64,000 bases of DNA from Myxococcota bacterium (GTDB taxonomy: Bacteria; Myxococcota_A; SURF-8), in the NCBI GenBank assembly GCA_963674735.2, contig CAXXQS010000002.1:1184001-1248000 (forward strand). The letters are read 5' to 3'. The position numbers and the translations under genes are program-made. A model generated the notes under the pieces. It had not been told where the DNA came from, ran no database searches, and saw only the letters and a list, made by a program, of their open reading frames with translations. Shown here in pieces: positions 52,340 through 62,266 of this stretch (positions within the stretch are counted from its first letter, which is position 1; each line of letters starts with the position of its first letter).

Positions 52340-52582
52340 TCAAGGAAAGGGTTTCCCTTCCTCCTGCCGTCACCTGCCACGCACCATCTAGCGGCTTTTA
52401 CCGGGGAGCGCACGGCCGTCAAGGCTATATGAACGTCGCTGCGCTCCGGCCTTGACTGCCGCAGGCTGACACCCCGGGATCCCAAGCCTCATGATGCGAG
52501 GCGGCTCCGTCGGGGAAGGGAAAGCGAAGCTCCCGAAATTGTTCGTTCGAAGCGAGCAGGCTCCCCATGAAAGGGGAGTTGA
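52340..52582. other. Hairpin-rich intergenic element (Frpo-like or structured RNA)
   Basis: Several inverted repeats including GTCAAGGC/GCCTTGAC. Confidence 0.4.
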
Positions 52583-52597
52583 ACCCAAAGAAACGGT

Positions 52598-54496
52598 TTA
52601 CTTCTGCTGCCCGGACAGCTCGAACTGCAGGTGTTGCAGGTCGGCATCGCCGGGCCGCTGGGCCGCTGCTCGATCGAGTACGATACGCGCCTGCTTCCGC
52701 TCGCCAAGCCGGAACAGGGCTTCTGCAAGTCCGAGTAAGGCGTCGAAATGATCGGGTTTGCGTGCGAGGACGCGGCGAAAAAAGGTGCTTCCCTCGGTAA
52801 GCCGTCCGGTTTCGACCAGCAGCCGACCCAGGCGAGTCAAGGTATCGCGATCATCGGGTTGGAGGGCGATGGCGCATCGATAGGCGGCGATGGCCGTCTC
52901 GGGGTCGTTGATTTGTTCGCCCAGGCGACCGATAGCCCGATGCAGGCTGGAATCGCCGGGGTCCAGTTCGGTGGCTCGTTGATAGTCCGAAAGGGCATAG
53001 CCGGGTTGTCCGAGAGAGAGATGCGCTTTGGCGAGGGAGCGTGGAAGTTCGGTAAAACCTCTGGCATCGGTAACGCCCGCTAATTCGGTATTTGTCAGGG
53101 TCAGCAGCGCGCCCAGCACCATGCCGAGTCCGATCAGCCGTTGGCGATCGGCGGCCAAAACAAGGGCGGCTAAAGCCATACTGGCCGCCGCTGCGAAGAT
53201 AGACAAAACGGCGACCAATACCAGCCGGTTTTGGGCGGTAGTGTAAAACACCCACAACACCACGGCCTGGGAAAGAATGAACAACATTAACAGCCGCGTC
53301 CGGCGGTTATGGGGTAGGCGCAGCAATCCCAACAAACCCAAGGGGATAATCCACAGCGGACCGACCCCCATCAGCAAACGTAGGCTGGGGGCGTAACGTC
53401 GGCTTACGTCCGTGAGGTCGAGGTTGAACGGAATTTCATAGGCATTGACCAGGTAATAGAACTTGTTCAAGCCCAGCCGCAAGCTGCGTAACGGATCGGC
53501 GACCAGCCAGGCCAACGCCCTTCCGCCCCAATAGGCCGAAACGGCGTTTCGCTCGAGCGGATGTCCCAGCTCTTCTTCCGCCACGGTTTGTGCGTCAGAC
53601 AAACGGGAGTGGATTTTCCACGCGGTGCTTTTCCGTGACGAGATGGATGCAGGCGTTGAATGTGAAACAGGATGCTGCACTCTCGCCGTTCCGACCTGTG
53701 AATTGCCCATAAAGAAAGCCACACCCGCCTCCTCGGGGAAGGGCAGCGCGTCATCCGTCGAAAACAGGAAGGACGGGAGCAAGGGCAACAGAAGACCGAG
53801 CGCCAGAACGGCGGTACAGGTCATGTGCTTGCGAGTTGTAACTCGCGTCGAATCGCTGAATGTCCAGGCCAAAGCGAATGGGGCGAACAGGAGCATGCCC
53901 GGCCGCAAGAAAATAGATAGGCCCAAGGCGATACCGGCCGCCAGAAAACGGCGTTTTTGCCCGCGGTTGTCGATCAGCCAGCACAAGGCGGCCAAGTCCA
54001 GGACGATCTCCAGGGTGTGCGGCAGGATAAGCAGGTCGGTGGCGACTTTGGCTCCGGCGGTGGCCATGATCAAGCCGGCCACCAATCCCACTCCGCGCCC
54101 ATACAAGCGGCCCGCCATCCGTCCGGCCAACATGGCCGCCAGGACTCCCAGCAGGATCTGCAAGACGATCGCCGTACCCAGTGGAGGGAGGCCGGTTTTG
54201 AAAATCAGACTGAGTAACCACGGGTAAAGCGGGGTGTTTACGAGCGGCGGAACCAGTTCCGGAGTGGATGCGATGGCTTCGGCCAGTCGCCAGTTGGCCA
54301 GCATATCGCCGAAAAAAGGCTGCCAGACGGCAGTATCGGCCAGATCCGCCCACAGAACGATACGAGCCACCAAGGCGGCTCCGGCGATCAGTGCAAAATC
54401 TCGTCTGAGAACGAGAGCAGACCTCCGGACTGTTTTATCCAATCCAGGCATTCGGTTTTGGCTCCCAATTTGTCTCGACCCGCGCATTATAACCAA
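52598..54496 (-). CDS. GT-C (PMT/ArnT-like) polytopic glycosyltransferase with C-terminal TPRs
   Basis: PLYPWLL, LGLSIFLRP, FFMGN, many TM segments, TPR tail; start may be 54451. Confidence 0.75.
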   Translation of the reverse strand: MVIMRGSRQIGSQNRMPGLDKTVRRSALVLRRDFALIAGAALVARIVLWADLADTAVWQPFFGDMLANWRLAEAIASTPELVPPLVNTPLYPWLLSLIFKTGLPPLGTAIVLQILLGVLAAMLAGRMAGRLYGRGVGLVAGLIMATAGAKVATDLLILPHTLEIVLDLAALCWLIDNRGQKRRFLAAGIALGLSIFLRPGMLLFAPFALAWTFSDSTRVTTRKHMTCTAVLALGLLLPLLPSFLFSTDDALPFPEEAGVAFFMGNSQVGTARVQHPVSHSTPASISSRKSTAWKIHSRLSDAQTVAEEELGHPLERNAVSAYWGGRALAWLVADPLRSLRLGLNKFYYLVNAYEIPFNLDLTDVSRRYAPSLRLLMGVGPLWIIPLGLLGLLRLPHNRRTRLLMLFILSQAVVLWVFYTTAQNRLVLVAVLSIFAAAASMALAALVLAADRQRLIGLGMVLGALLTLTNTELAGVTDARGFTELPRSLAKAHLSLGQPGYALSDYQRATELDPGDSSLHRAIGRLGEQINDPETAIAAYRCAIALQPDDRDTLTRLGRLLVETGRLTEGSTFFRRVLARKPDHFDALLGLAEALFRLGERKQARIVLDRAAAQRPGDADLQHLQFELSGQQK

Positions 54497-54596
54497 CGTT
54501 TCAGATAAGGCCAGTGTTTCGGGTACAAAATCAGGGAAACAGGCGAACGACTCTTCCCTTCTCGTTTTTTGCTGGGGTTACGGAAATGACCCATAG

Positions 54597-54644
54597 TTGA
54601 CAAAGCGTAGAGCGGATGCTATCAATAGCCATTCCGTGAGTCAA
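54597..54644. promoter_or_regulatory. Overlapping opposite-strand sigma70 promoters
   Basis: Plus TTGACA-N17-TATCAA (54597..54625); minus TTGACT-N17-TAGCAT (54644..54616). Confidence 0.55.
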
Positions 54645-54743
54645 GGCAAGGGGAACCAGTGGGTCGGTGCTGGATGGATCATGGATCGCCGAATTGCAGG
54701 CAGGAACAAGCGCTTGCCTGATAACGGAAGTTTGGAGCAAGCG

Positions 54744-56474
54744 ATGGAAAAGACGCTGGCTTTGGTGATTGACGACCAGGAATCGATCCGAAAAACCTTC
54801 CGGTTTTTTCTGGAAGAGGAGGGTTATGAGGTCGCCACAGCCGGAACCTACGAAGACGGGATGGCGGTGATTGCCGAGCGTACTCCATCGGTCGCCTTGA
54901 TCGATATCATTCTCGGCAGTCGTAGCGGCGTTGATTTTCTTCGTGAAATCAAACATTTCGAGATGGAGTTCCCGGTTGTCATGATCACGGGGGAACCCAA
55001 TCTGGAAACCGCCACCGATGCTCTGCGTCTCGGAGCCTTCGATTATCTAGCCAAGCCGGTCGATAAGCGCAAGTTACTCGATGTCACGTACCGTGCCACA
55101 CGCTACAACGAGCTTCTGGCCGAACGTCGCCGTGCCCAGGAAGACCGCGAACACGCCCGGCAGCAACTTCTGGCTGTTTTCAATGGTGTGGGCGAAGGTT
55201 TGATTCTCATCAACGGTGAGGGGCGGGTACGCGAAATCAACCAGGCCACCTTGCAACTGCTGGGTTTTCCCCGTGATGAAGCGATCGACCGTCCGCTGGA
55301 GCAGTTGTTTCCGCGTGTGGCGGATGTCATGAACGACGGCCTCCAGGATGTCTTGAAAAGGAACAAACAACAGGCCGAAGCAACGGTCGATGATCCTTTC
55401 CGTCGGGGTGGCAAGGAAGTGTTTCATGCCAAGATTTCGCCTTCAGCCGAACGCGCCGGGCAACGAGGTGCGGTGGTCGTTTTACGCGACATCACGCGCC
55501 TGCGCGCTTTGGAGCAACATGTCAGCGAGCGGACGCGGGTGCATAATCTGATCGGTAAAAGCAAACCGATGCAGGAGATCTACCACTTGGTGGAAGTGCT
55601 GCGCGATACCGATACCACGGTTCTGATTCAAGGGGAGAGTGGTACCGGAAAAGAACTGGTGGCCGCCGCTTTGCATTACCAGGGTCCGCGAGCGCGGGGA
55701 CCGTTTATTCCGGTCAACTGTACGGCGCTCAACGAGCAACTGCTTGAGTCGGAGCTTTTCGGACACGCCAAAGGCTCGTTTACCGGAGCGATCGCCAACA
55801 AAATCGGTCGCTTCGAAGCGGCGGAGGGGGGGACGATTTTCCTCGACGAAATCGGTGATGTCTCTTCCAAATTGCAGACGAAATTATTGCGTGCGCTGCA
55901 GGAGCGAACCGTTGAACGAGTCGGTGAATCCCGTCCACGCAAGGTGGATGTGCGTGTCGTGGCCGCCACCAATGTCGATCTTGACGCCAAGGTGAAGGAA
56001 GGGGCCTTCCGTGAGGACCTTTTTTATCGTCTCAACGTGGTGCGCGTCATGATGCCCGCCCTGCGCGATAAAAAAGAAGATATCCCCCTTCTGGCCGAAC
56101 ATTTTCGGCAAAAACTACTGACACGTTTAACCAAACCGATTGAGGGCTATACCGACGAAGCGTTCCGTCTGATGCTGATACACGAATGGCCGGGGAATGT
56201 GCGTGAGTTGGAAAACGCTGTGGAACATGCCTTTATCATGAGCAACGGACCCCTGATCGATGCCGTGCATCTGCCTAAAACCGTTCGTGAACCCAGCGAC
56301 TTGCTTAATGCCGGTCGCGGTGCGGGTGGCATGAGCGAACGTGAGCAAATTCTTGAAGCCTTGGTAAAAAGCGCCGGAAATCGCAGCAAGGCCGCCAATA
56401 TGCTGGGGATCAACCGCACTACGCTTTATCGACGCATGCAGCGTTGGAATATCGCCGATCCGACCCGCCTCTAG
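54744..56474 (+). CDS. Sigma54-dependent activator, REC-PAS-AAA+-HTH
   Basis: IDDQ REC domain, PAS (EGLILIN..VLRDIT), GESGTGKE, ESELFGHAKGSFTGA, Fis HTH. Confidence 0.95.
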   Translation: MEKTLALVIDDQESIRKTFRFFLEEEGYEVATAGTYEDGMAVIAERTPSVALIDIILGSRSGVDFLREIKHFEMEFPVVMITGEPNLETATDALRLGAFDYLAKPVDKRKLLDVTYRATRYNELLAERRRAQEDREHARQQLLAVFNGVGEGLILINGEGRVREINQATLQLLGFPRDEAIDRPLEQLFPRVADVMNDGLQDVLKRNKQQAEATVDDPFRRGGKEVFHAKISPSAERAGQRGAVVVLRDITRLRALEQHVSERTRVHNLIGKSKPMQEIYHLVEVLRDTDTTVLIQGESGTGKELVAAALHYQGPRARGPFIPVNCTALNEQLLESELFGHAKGSFTGAIANKIGRFEAAEGGTIFLDEIGDVSSKLQTKLLRALQERTVERVGESRPRKVDVRVVAATNVDLDAKVKEGAFREDLFYRLNVVRVMMPALRDKKEDIPLLAEHFRQKLLTRLTKPIEGYTDEAFRLMLIHEWPGNVRELENAVEHAFIMSNGPLIDAVHLPKTVREPSDLLNAGRGAGGMSEREQILEALVKSAGNRSKAANMLGINRTTLYRRMQRWNIADPTRL

Positions 56475-56475
56475 C

Positions 56476-56518
56476 GCAACACTAGTGTTGCACCAACCTG
56501 TTGCACTATCTGCAACAC
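56476..56518. promoter_or_regulatory. Candidate enhancer (bEBP binding sites)
   Basis: GCAACACTAGTGTTGC palindrome and TGTTGCA-N5-TGCAACA about 105-150 bp upstream of a sigma54 promoter. Confidence 0.65.
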
Positions 56519-56622
56519 TTCACTCCGGATATCCCTGTATGCCTCGTTCAATTTTTTGTCTTTAGTTGTGTAAATCCTTGTAATTACTTATCATTGTTTG
56601 TAAAACGACCTTTACGTGGTTG

Positions 56623-56639
56623 TTGGCACACATATTGCT
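56623..56639 (+). promoter_or_regulatory. Sigma54 (-24/-12) promoter
   Basis: TTGGCAC-ACATA-TTGCT with exact GG-N10-GC spacing. Confidence 0.8.
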
Positions 56640-56649
56640 TAGAGTTTAC

Positions 56650-57020
56650 TTGGAATTGATAACCTCTACTTTCAACCAAGCGACCCAGCCATCCGAGAAC
56701 GCCGTCTTGCTGGAGTGTTTGGTTTGTAACCGACGCGTTTTTACACATCTTTTGGTGAACATTGGTTCTTTGATTTGCAGTTGCAAATATTACTCTTTTT
56801 GAGTGTAATGTTTGGTGTGTTTTGAGCGCTTGGCGGAACCGCACGCCGTCTCGTCGCAACGGGCTCCTCGGATCCTCGACCCACTTCAAACCCAGTCCGA
56901 TCCCGGAAAAGCCGGGGAAGCCTGAAATCCTCCCAAGTGGTTTGTGCGGAACTCCTAAGGTTAATTCCCTCCCTGTGTGTGCCCCCTCCACCCGATTGGT
57001 GTGAGGGGGCGCTCTCTTTT
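56650..57020 (+). ncRNA. Candidate sigma54-dependent small RNA or long leader
   Basis: No credible CDS between the sigma54 promoter and a GC hairpin plus T-rich tail; clustered CCTCC/CTCCT motifs. Confidence 0.55.
56981..57020 (+). terminator. Probable intrinsic terminator
   Basis: GCCCCCTC..GAGGGGGC stem followed by GCTCTCTTTT. Confidence 0.6.
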
Positions 57021-57186
57021 AATTTGTTGCAGATCGTTGTTTGGGATAAACGCAAAAAATGCGCTTCGCGTCTGAGGGAAAACCGGCTTGGGACGATCAA
57101 TTCGATTAATTTTCAAAAGTAGCGGAATGTCATGGATATCCTGGCTATCTAGCAACACATATAGCTGTTGCCTAAGGAGATGTTGG

Positions 57187-57639
57187 GTGAGATTAACAAA
57201 AGCGAGTGATTACGCCCTGCGCCTGATGACCAGTTTGGCCATGGTAGAAAGGGATGCAATTGTCAGTATTCGGGAAATGGCCATGCGTACCGATGTTCCG
57301 CGAAGCTTTTTGGCGAATATCGCCCAGAAGTTGTCGGCGGCCGGTTTGATCGATAGTTCGAAAGGGGCGCGGGGGGGGCTAAAGTTAAAACGCAAGCCGG
57401 ATGAGATTACGGCTCTGGATATCATCGAGGCGATCGAAGGACCGTTGGAGTTTTCCACCTGCCAATCGATGGATGGGTGCCGCCATGAGGATTATTGCAG
57501 TGTCCGCCCATTGATGGAGACTTTGCGCGAGCAGGTAGCCGAAACGCTCGGTTCAACGACCTTGTCCATGTTGGTGGAACAGGGGAGCGGGCAGTTCTGG
57601 GGTGCTTTCTCGCTTATGGATTCCTCTTCCGGGTCGTAA
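57187..57639 (+). CDS. Rrf2-family regulator with three Cys (Fe-S type)
   Basis: GTG after AAGGAG; SDYALR, GARGG, DIIEAIEG, C-x5-C-x5-C. Confidence 0.92.
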   Translation: MRLTKASDYALRLMTSLAMVERDAIVSIREMAMRTDVPRSFLANIAQKLSAAGLIDSSKGARGGLKLKRKPDEITALDIIEAIEGPLEFSTCQSMDGCRHEDYCSVRPLMETLREQVAETLGSTTLSMLVEQGSGQFWGAFSLMDSSSGS

Positions 57640-58441
57640 GTCCGGTTAAAAGTTCCTCCAACTCATTCAGGTCGATCATGCAAGATGCATCGGAGAGCGC
57701 CTTTTCCGGGCTGTCGTGCACTTCCAGAAACAATCCGTCGATACCGAATGCCACCGCCGCCCGCGCGAGCGGTTGAACGAAAAGCGGGCTACCGCCGCTT
57801 TTTCCGGTGGCGGCCGATGGCCGTTGCACCGAGTGGGTGGCGTCGAAGATTACCGGTGCACCCAATTCCCGCATCCAAGCAAAAGAGCGAAAATCCACGA
57901 CCAGATCGTGGTAGCCGAAGGCGGTTCCCCTCTCGGTCAGCAGGACGTTCGACGCACCGGCGGAGCGGGCTTTCTCCAAGGCGTATTGCATGTCGGGTGG
58001 CGCGACGAATTGCCCTTTTTTCAGGTTGATCGTGCGACCCGTGGCGGCGGCGGCGACGATCAGGTCGGTTTGGCGGCTGAGAAAAGCTGGGATTTGAATG
58101 ATATCGAGAACTTCAGCTGCCGGGGCTGCCTGACCGGGCTCGTGGATATCGGATAAAATCGGTAGCCCGGTGCGGTGTTTGACGCTTTCGAGAATGGCCA
58201 GACCGCGTTTCAATCCCGGACCGCGATAGCTGTTCAGGCTGGTTCGGTTGGCTTTGTCGAACGACGCCTTGAAGATCAGAGGAATTTCATAGCGTTGGGC
58301 GATGTCGGCGAGATGGTCGGCCATCATCAACGCATGCGCCTCCGATTCGATGACGCAGGGACCGGCGATCAGAAAAAGCGGCGCACCCTCCCCGGCGGAT
58401 ATACCCGGGGCGATCTTGAATGCGCGTGATTCAGCGTGCAT
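57614..58441 (-). CDS. kdsA: KDO-8-phosphate synthase
   Basis: IAGPCVIES, KASFDKANRTS, QIPAFLSRQTDL, FDATHSVQ. Confidence 0.97.
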   Translation of the reverse strand: MHAESRAFKIAPGISAGEGAPLFLIAGPCVIESEAHALMMADHLADIAQRYEIPLIFKASFDKANRTSLNSYRGPGLKRGLAILESVKHRTGLPILSDIHEPGQAAPAAEVLDIIQIPAFLSRQTDLIVAAAATGRTINLKKGQFVAPPDMQYALEKARSAGASNVLLTERGTAFGYHDLVVDFRSFAWMRELGAPVIFDATHSVQRPSAATGKSGGSPLFVQPLARAAVAFGIDGLFLEVHDSPEKALSDASCMIDLNELEELLTGLTTRKRNP

Positions 58442-59165
58442 GGAAAATCCTCCGTACGCGTTCCAGGTCGTCAGGCGTGTTGACTTCTTCCACCTCGAAT
58501 TCCGGCAAGGTGGCCACGGCCAGCTTTTTTCCCGCTTCCAACCAGCGCAGTTGTTCCAATTTCTCGCGTCGTTCCCCCGAAGAAGGAGCGAGGGCGGCAA
58601 AATCGGCCAACGCCTGGGGATGGAAGGCGTAGAGTCCCACATGTCGCCATGGATCCCCCTGATCGCCGAGTGATGCGCAATGGCGCGCAAAAGTGAGGGC
58701 TTCGCCTCGATCATCGATCCATACCTTCACGACCCCGGGATTCTGCCGTTCCCCTTCGTCACGCAAAGGAACGGCCAGAGTGCTCATCCGGGCCGCGTTC
58801 TCCTCTTGCAAAGGGGCGAGCAAGGCGGTGATGGCGCGGTCGGTCAGACCCAGAACATCCGCCTGCAGATTGATGATCCACCCGGCTTCGGGGACATGGA
58901 CGGCCGCCTCGGCGCAGCGGTCGCTGCCGCAGGGATGTTCGCCCGTCAAAACCGCTTCCGCTCCGGCCTGATTGGCCGCCGCTTCGATATCCGGGTCGTC
59001 GGTCGCGACCACGACCCGGTCCACGGAATGCAAATCCAGCGCTTGGCGGACGACGTGGAAAATCAGCGGGTGACCGTCGATGAGGGCTAAAGGTTTGTTG
59101 GGCAGGCGTGTCGATCCGGCACGAGCCGGAATAACGGCCACTATTTGTGATCGGCGCAGCGGCAT
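58431..59165 (-). CDS. kdsB: CMP-KDO synthetase
   Basis: IPARAGSTRLPNKPL, VATDD, GSDR, EKLEQLR. Confidence 0.95.
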   Translation of the reverse strand: MPLRRSQIVAVIPARAGSTRLPNKPLALIDGHPLIFHVVRQALDLHSVDRVVVATDDPDIEAAANQAGAEAVLTGEHPCGSDRCAEAAVHVPEAGWIINLQADVLGLTDRAITALLAPLQEENAARMSTLAVPLRDEGERQNPGVVKVWIDDRGEALTFARHCASLGDQGDPWRHVGLYAFHPQALADFAALAPSSGERREKLEQLRWLEAGKKLAVATLPEFEVEEVNTPDDLERVRRIFHAR

Positions 59166-59350
59166 GGGTTCTCCCGTTCAAAGCAAGCGTGGCTCACCAT
59201 AACAAAGCCTCGTATCAAGTGAAATCAAAATCGACCATAACGGGTTGCAGCAGACGTAGGATAGCGGAAAAACATTAATAATTTATTTTTTACTTGATTT
59301 TTTTCTGTCCGCATTTATCATGTTGCACCGGATCTCGGGATGTAAGGGTG

Positions 59351-59376
59351 AGTGGGCTTTGGCCCACTTTTTTATT
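59351..59376 (+). promoter_or_regulatory. rimP leader attenuator-like hairpin
   Basis: AGTGGGC-TTTG-GCCCACT then T run upstream of rimP, matching the widely conserved rimP leader. Confidence 0.7.
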
Positions 59377-59424
59377 GGTTTCAGGTTTTGGCGAGGCGAA
59401 TGGGTGAGTGAAGGTTCGGGCAAC

Positions 59425-59937
59425 ATGGAGCAACGTTTGGCGGCTTTGTTCAAACCGGCCGTCGAAGCCGAAGGGCTGACGCTGTGGGCGTTGTCTCTGA
59501 CGGGAGAGCGTGGCCGTCGTAAGTTGCGTGTGTTGCTGGACAAACCCGATGGCGTATCCCTGGGTGACTGTGCACGCATCAGCCGATCCCTGAGCGCTCT
59601 GGTGGATGTCGAAGATCCCATCGCGGGCGCGTACTCGCTTGAGGTGTCGAGTCCGGGCGTCAATCGACCGCTGATTGAGCCGCGACATTTCGCTCATTGC
59701 GTCGGCCAGCGGATCAAACTGAAAACGATCCAGCCCTGTCGCAAATCGGCGAAAACCTTTTGCGGCATGCTCGAACGCTACGATGACGACCCGCCCCGAA
59801 TCGTCCTTCAGGACGAAGAAGGGGCGTTGACGATTGAATTGGATAATATATCGAAGGCCAACGTGGAGTACGTTTTCGACGACCCGGTGAAAAAGGGTGA
59901 TCGTCGCGCGAAACGCCCCCCCAAGAAGGAGAGATGA
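59425..59937 (+). CDS. rimP: Ribosome maturation factor RimP
   Basis: DCARISR..DPIAGAYSLEVSSPGVNRPL; start may be GTG at 59404. Confidence 0.95.
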   Translation: MEQRLAALFKPAVEAEGLTLWALSLTGERGRRKLRVLLDKPDGVSLGDCARISRSLSALVDVEDPIAGAYSLEVSSPGVNRPLIEPRHFAHCVGQRIKLKTIQPCRKSAKTFCGMLERYDDDPPRIVLQDEEGALTIELDNISKANVEYVFDDPVKKGDRRAKRPPKKER

Positions 59938-59940
59938 GCA

Positions 59941-61638
59941 ATGCTGCCCAACCTCAATTACCTGATCGAGCAGGTTGGCAAGGATAAAGGCATTCCTAAA
60001 GAGATCATCATCGCCACTCTGGAAGAGGCGATGCTCAAAGCCGCCCAGAAAACCTTCGGTATCGACGAGGATATCGAGGCGCAGTACAACGAAGATCTGG
60101 GAGAGGTGGAGCTGTTTCAATTCAAAACAGTGATGGAAACAGTGATTGATCCGCAGACGGAAATCAGCCTGAAAGAAGCGCAGGAGTTGGATCCTGAAGC
60201 GTTGGATGGGGATTCCATCGGGATCAAGCTGGCTTCCGAAGAGTTTGGCCGGATTGCCGCTCAGGTTGCCAAGCAAGTCATTATCCAGCGCGTGCGATCG
60301 GCTGAACGTGAACAGATCTATAACGACTACAAAGACCGCAAGCACGATCTCATTGCCGGAACTGTCAGGCGAGTGGAACGCGGAAATATCATTGTGGATC
60401 TGGGCCGCACGGAAGCGATTCTGTTGGCCAAAGATCAATCGCCGCGTGAAACCTATCGTCCCCACGACCGCATTCTCGCTTTCGTGGAAGACGTCACCAC
60501 CAGCACCAAAGGTCCGCAGATTATTCTGTCGCGTACCAACATCGGGCTCTTAATGAAGCTTTTTGAAATGGAAGTACCTGAAATAGCGGAAGGAATCGTT
60601 CAAATCGTTTCCGCCGCGCGTGAATCGGGCGCCCGTTCCAAAATTGCCGTCATTTCGCGCGATCCCGATGTCGATCCGGTCGGTGCCTGTGTCGGCATGA
60701 AGGGAACGCGTGTACAGAACATCGTTCAGGAACTGCGCGGTGAGAAAATCGATATCGTAACCTGGAATCCGGATCCGGTTCGCTATGTCTGCAATGCTTT
60801 GGCTCCGGCTGTGGTCAGCCAGGTGTTGATCGATGAAGAAGCCAACACGATGGAAATCACCGTGCCCGACGACCAGCTTTCATTGGCCATCGGCAAGCGC
60901 GGCCAGAATGTCCGGCTCGCCTCCCAGTTGGCCGGTTGGCGGCTCGATATTCAGTCTGAATCCAAGGTCGAGCGCATGGCCGAAGTGGCTCGCGAGCTCT
61001 TCCAGCGCATTGAAAACGTGGATGAAGATCTGGCCAGCACCTTGACGCGACTTGGATTCCTGACGCTTGAAGATATCGTTCGTGCCGATGTGGATGACCT
61101 GAAAATCATCCCGGGTTTGAACCTCGAGCGCGCCCAGAGTTTGGTCGAGCAGGCGCAGCAGTTGCAAGATGAGCTCGATCAGGAAAAAGAGCGTGAGGAC
61201 GAGGAGTATGAGGAGCGTGCCGCCGAGCGCCGTAAGGCCAAAGCGGTCAAGCCCAAGCCTGTTGCGCAGCCCGAGGACGACCGTCCTGAGCTGATGCGCT
61301 TGAAAAATATGGACGATGAGTTGATGCAAAGGCTCAACGAGGCGGGTTATTATTCCGTCGACGATATTCTCCAGGCGGACTTCGAACCGCAGGCCTTCTC
61401 CGAGAAGTTCAATGTTTCCATGCGCAAAACGCGCGCTATCCTGCATTCGGCCAAACAGCGGATCGCTCAGCCGACTGAAGGAGAAGAAGGGGAGCAGAGC
61501 GCGGACGAAGAAGCGAGTCCCGCGTCCGTGAACCCGCTGGATGCTCTGGATGCCCCGGCGGCGGATACAGCGCTGTCCGAAGCCCCGGCGGAGTCGGCCG
61601 CGGAAATGGAAGCGGAGGACGATGGCGAAACGGTCTGA
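59941..61638 (+). CDS. nusA: Transcription factor NusA
   Basis: [39 protein letters not shown], acidic C-terminal extension. Confidence 0.98.
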   Translation: MLPNLNYLIEQVGKDKGIPKEIIIATLEEAMLKAAQKTFGIDEDIEAQYNEDLGEVELFQFKTVMETVIDPQTEISLKEAQELDPEALDGDSIGIKLASEEFGRIAAQVAKQVIIQRVRSAEREQIYNDYKDRKHDLIAGTVRRVERGNIIVDLGRTEAILLAKDQSPRETYRPHDRILAFVEDVTTSTKGPQIILSRTNIGLLMKLFEMEVPEIAEGIVQIVSAARESGARSKIAVISRDPDVDPVGACVGMKGTRVQNIVQELRGEKIDIVTWNPDPVRYVCNALAPAVVSQVLIDEEANTMEITVPDDQLSLAIGKRGQNVRLASQLAGWRLDIQSESKVERMAEVARELFQRIENVDEDLASTLTRLGFLTLEDIVRADVDDLKIIPGLNLERAQSLVEQAQQLQDELDQEKEREDEEYEERAAERRKAKAVKPKPVAQPEDDRPELMRLKNMDDELMQRLNEAGYYSVDDILQADFEPQAFSEKFNVSMRKTRAILHSAKQRIAQPTEGEEGEQSADEEASPASVNPLDALDAPAADTALSEAPAESAAEMEAEDDGETV

Positions 61639-62266
61639 AGCGGCTTCGCAACGGACCTGCGTCGGCTGTAATCGTACGGCCGATGCGGCGAAGATGGTTC
61701 GGCTGGTGTGTTCACCCGAGGGCACCTTGGAGTTGGACCTCCGGCGGCGGTTACCGGGACGCGGTGCTTGGCTTTGTCCGAGTCGGGATTGTTTCGATGC
61801 CGCCCGAAACGGGCGTGGTTTCCGACGTTCTTTGAAGATGACGACTTTTACTTACGACGCGGAGGGTCTCTGGAACCGCTTGGTTCGGACCAACCGCGAG
61901 AGATTGATGGAAGATGTACGCCTGGCTTTAAAAGCCGGGGCGGTTGTCTCGGGTGGAAACAACGTCGAGATAGCCTTTAAACGCGGTAACGTATGTGCGG
62001 TCCTGGTCGCCGACGATGCCGCGGAAAACAGTGTTCAGAAATTCGCTCAGGCGGCCCATGCGCATGGCGCAACGGTGATACGGGCGCTGACGAAGGATGA
62101 ATTGGGTCGGGTGCTCGGCAAAGAGAAGCGGGCGGCGGTGGCAATCACCCACCCCGCATTCGCCGAGCGACTGGTACGGGATGTATGGTTCTACGGCATG
62201 ATTATGAACCGACCCGAAGACAGGGTAACACGAGGAGTGGTTGATGGGGAAGCGGCGAGCACATGA
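61622..62266 (+). CDS. YlxR (DUF448)-YlxQ (L7Ae) fusion protein
   Basis: RTCVGC..GRGAWLC followed by [19 protein letters not shown]. Confidence 0.88.
   Translation: MAKRSEAASQRTCVGCNRTADAAKMVRLVCSPEGTLELDLRRRLPGRGAWLCPSRDCFDAARNGRGFRRSLKMTTFTYDAEGLWNRLVRTNRERLMEDVRLALKAGAVVSGGNNVEIAFKRGNVCAVLVADDAAENSVQKFAQAAHAHGATVIRALTKDELGRVLGKEKRAAVAITHPAFAERLVRDVWFYGMIMNRPEDRVTRGVVDGEAAST

Noticed and set aside
56584-57158. Short ORFs in the activator-Rrf2 intergenic region
   Set aside because: No good RBS, atypical composition and no recognisable motifs; better explained as non-coding
57614-59165. kdsB-kdsA without intervening pyrG and a 26-bp convergent overlap with rrf2
   Set aside because: Ordinary gene-order variation
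61622-62266. YlxR-YlxQ fusion as a novelty
   Set aside because: These genes are normally adjacent in the nusA-infB operon and I recall fusions in related bacteria
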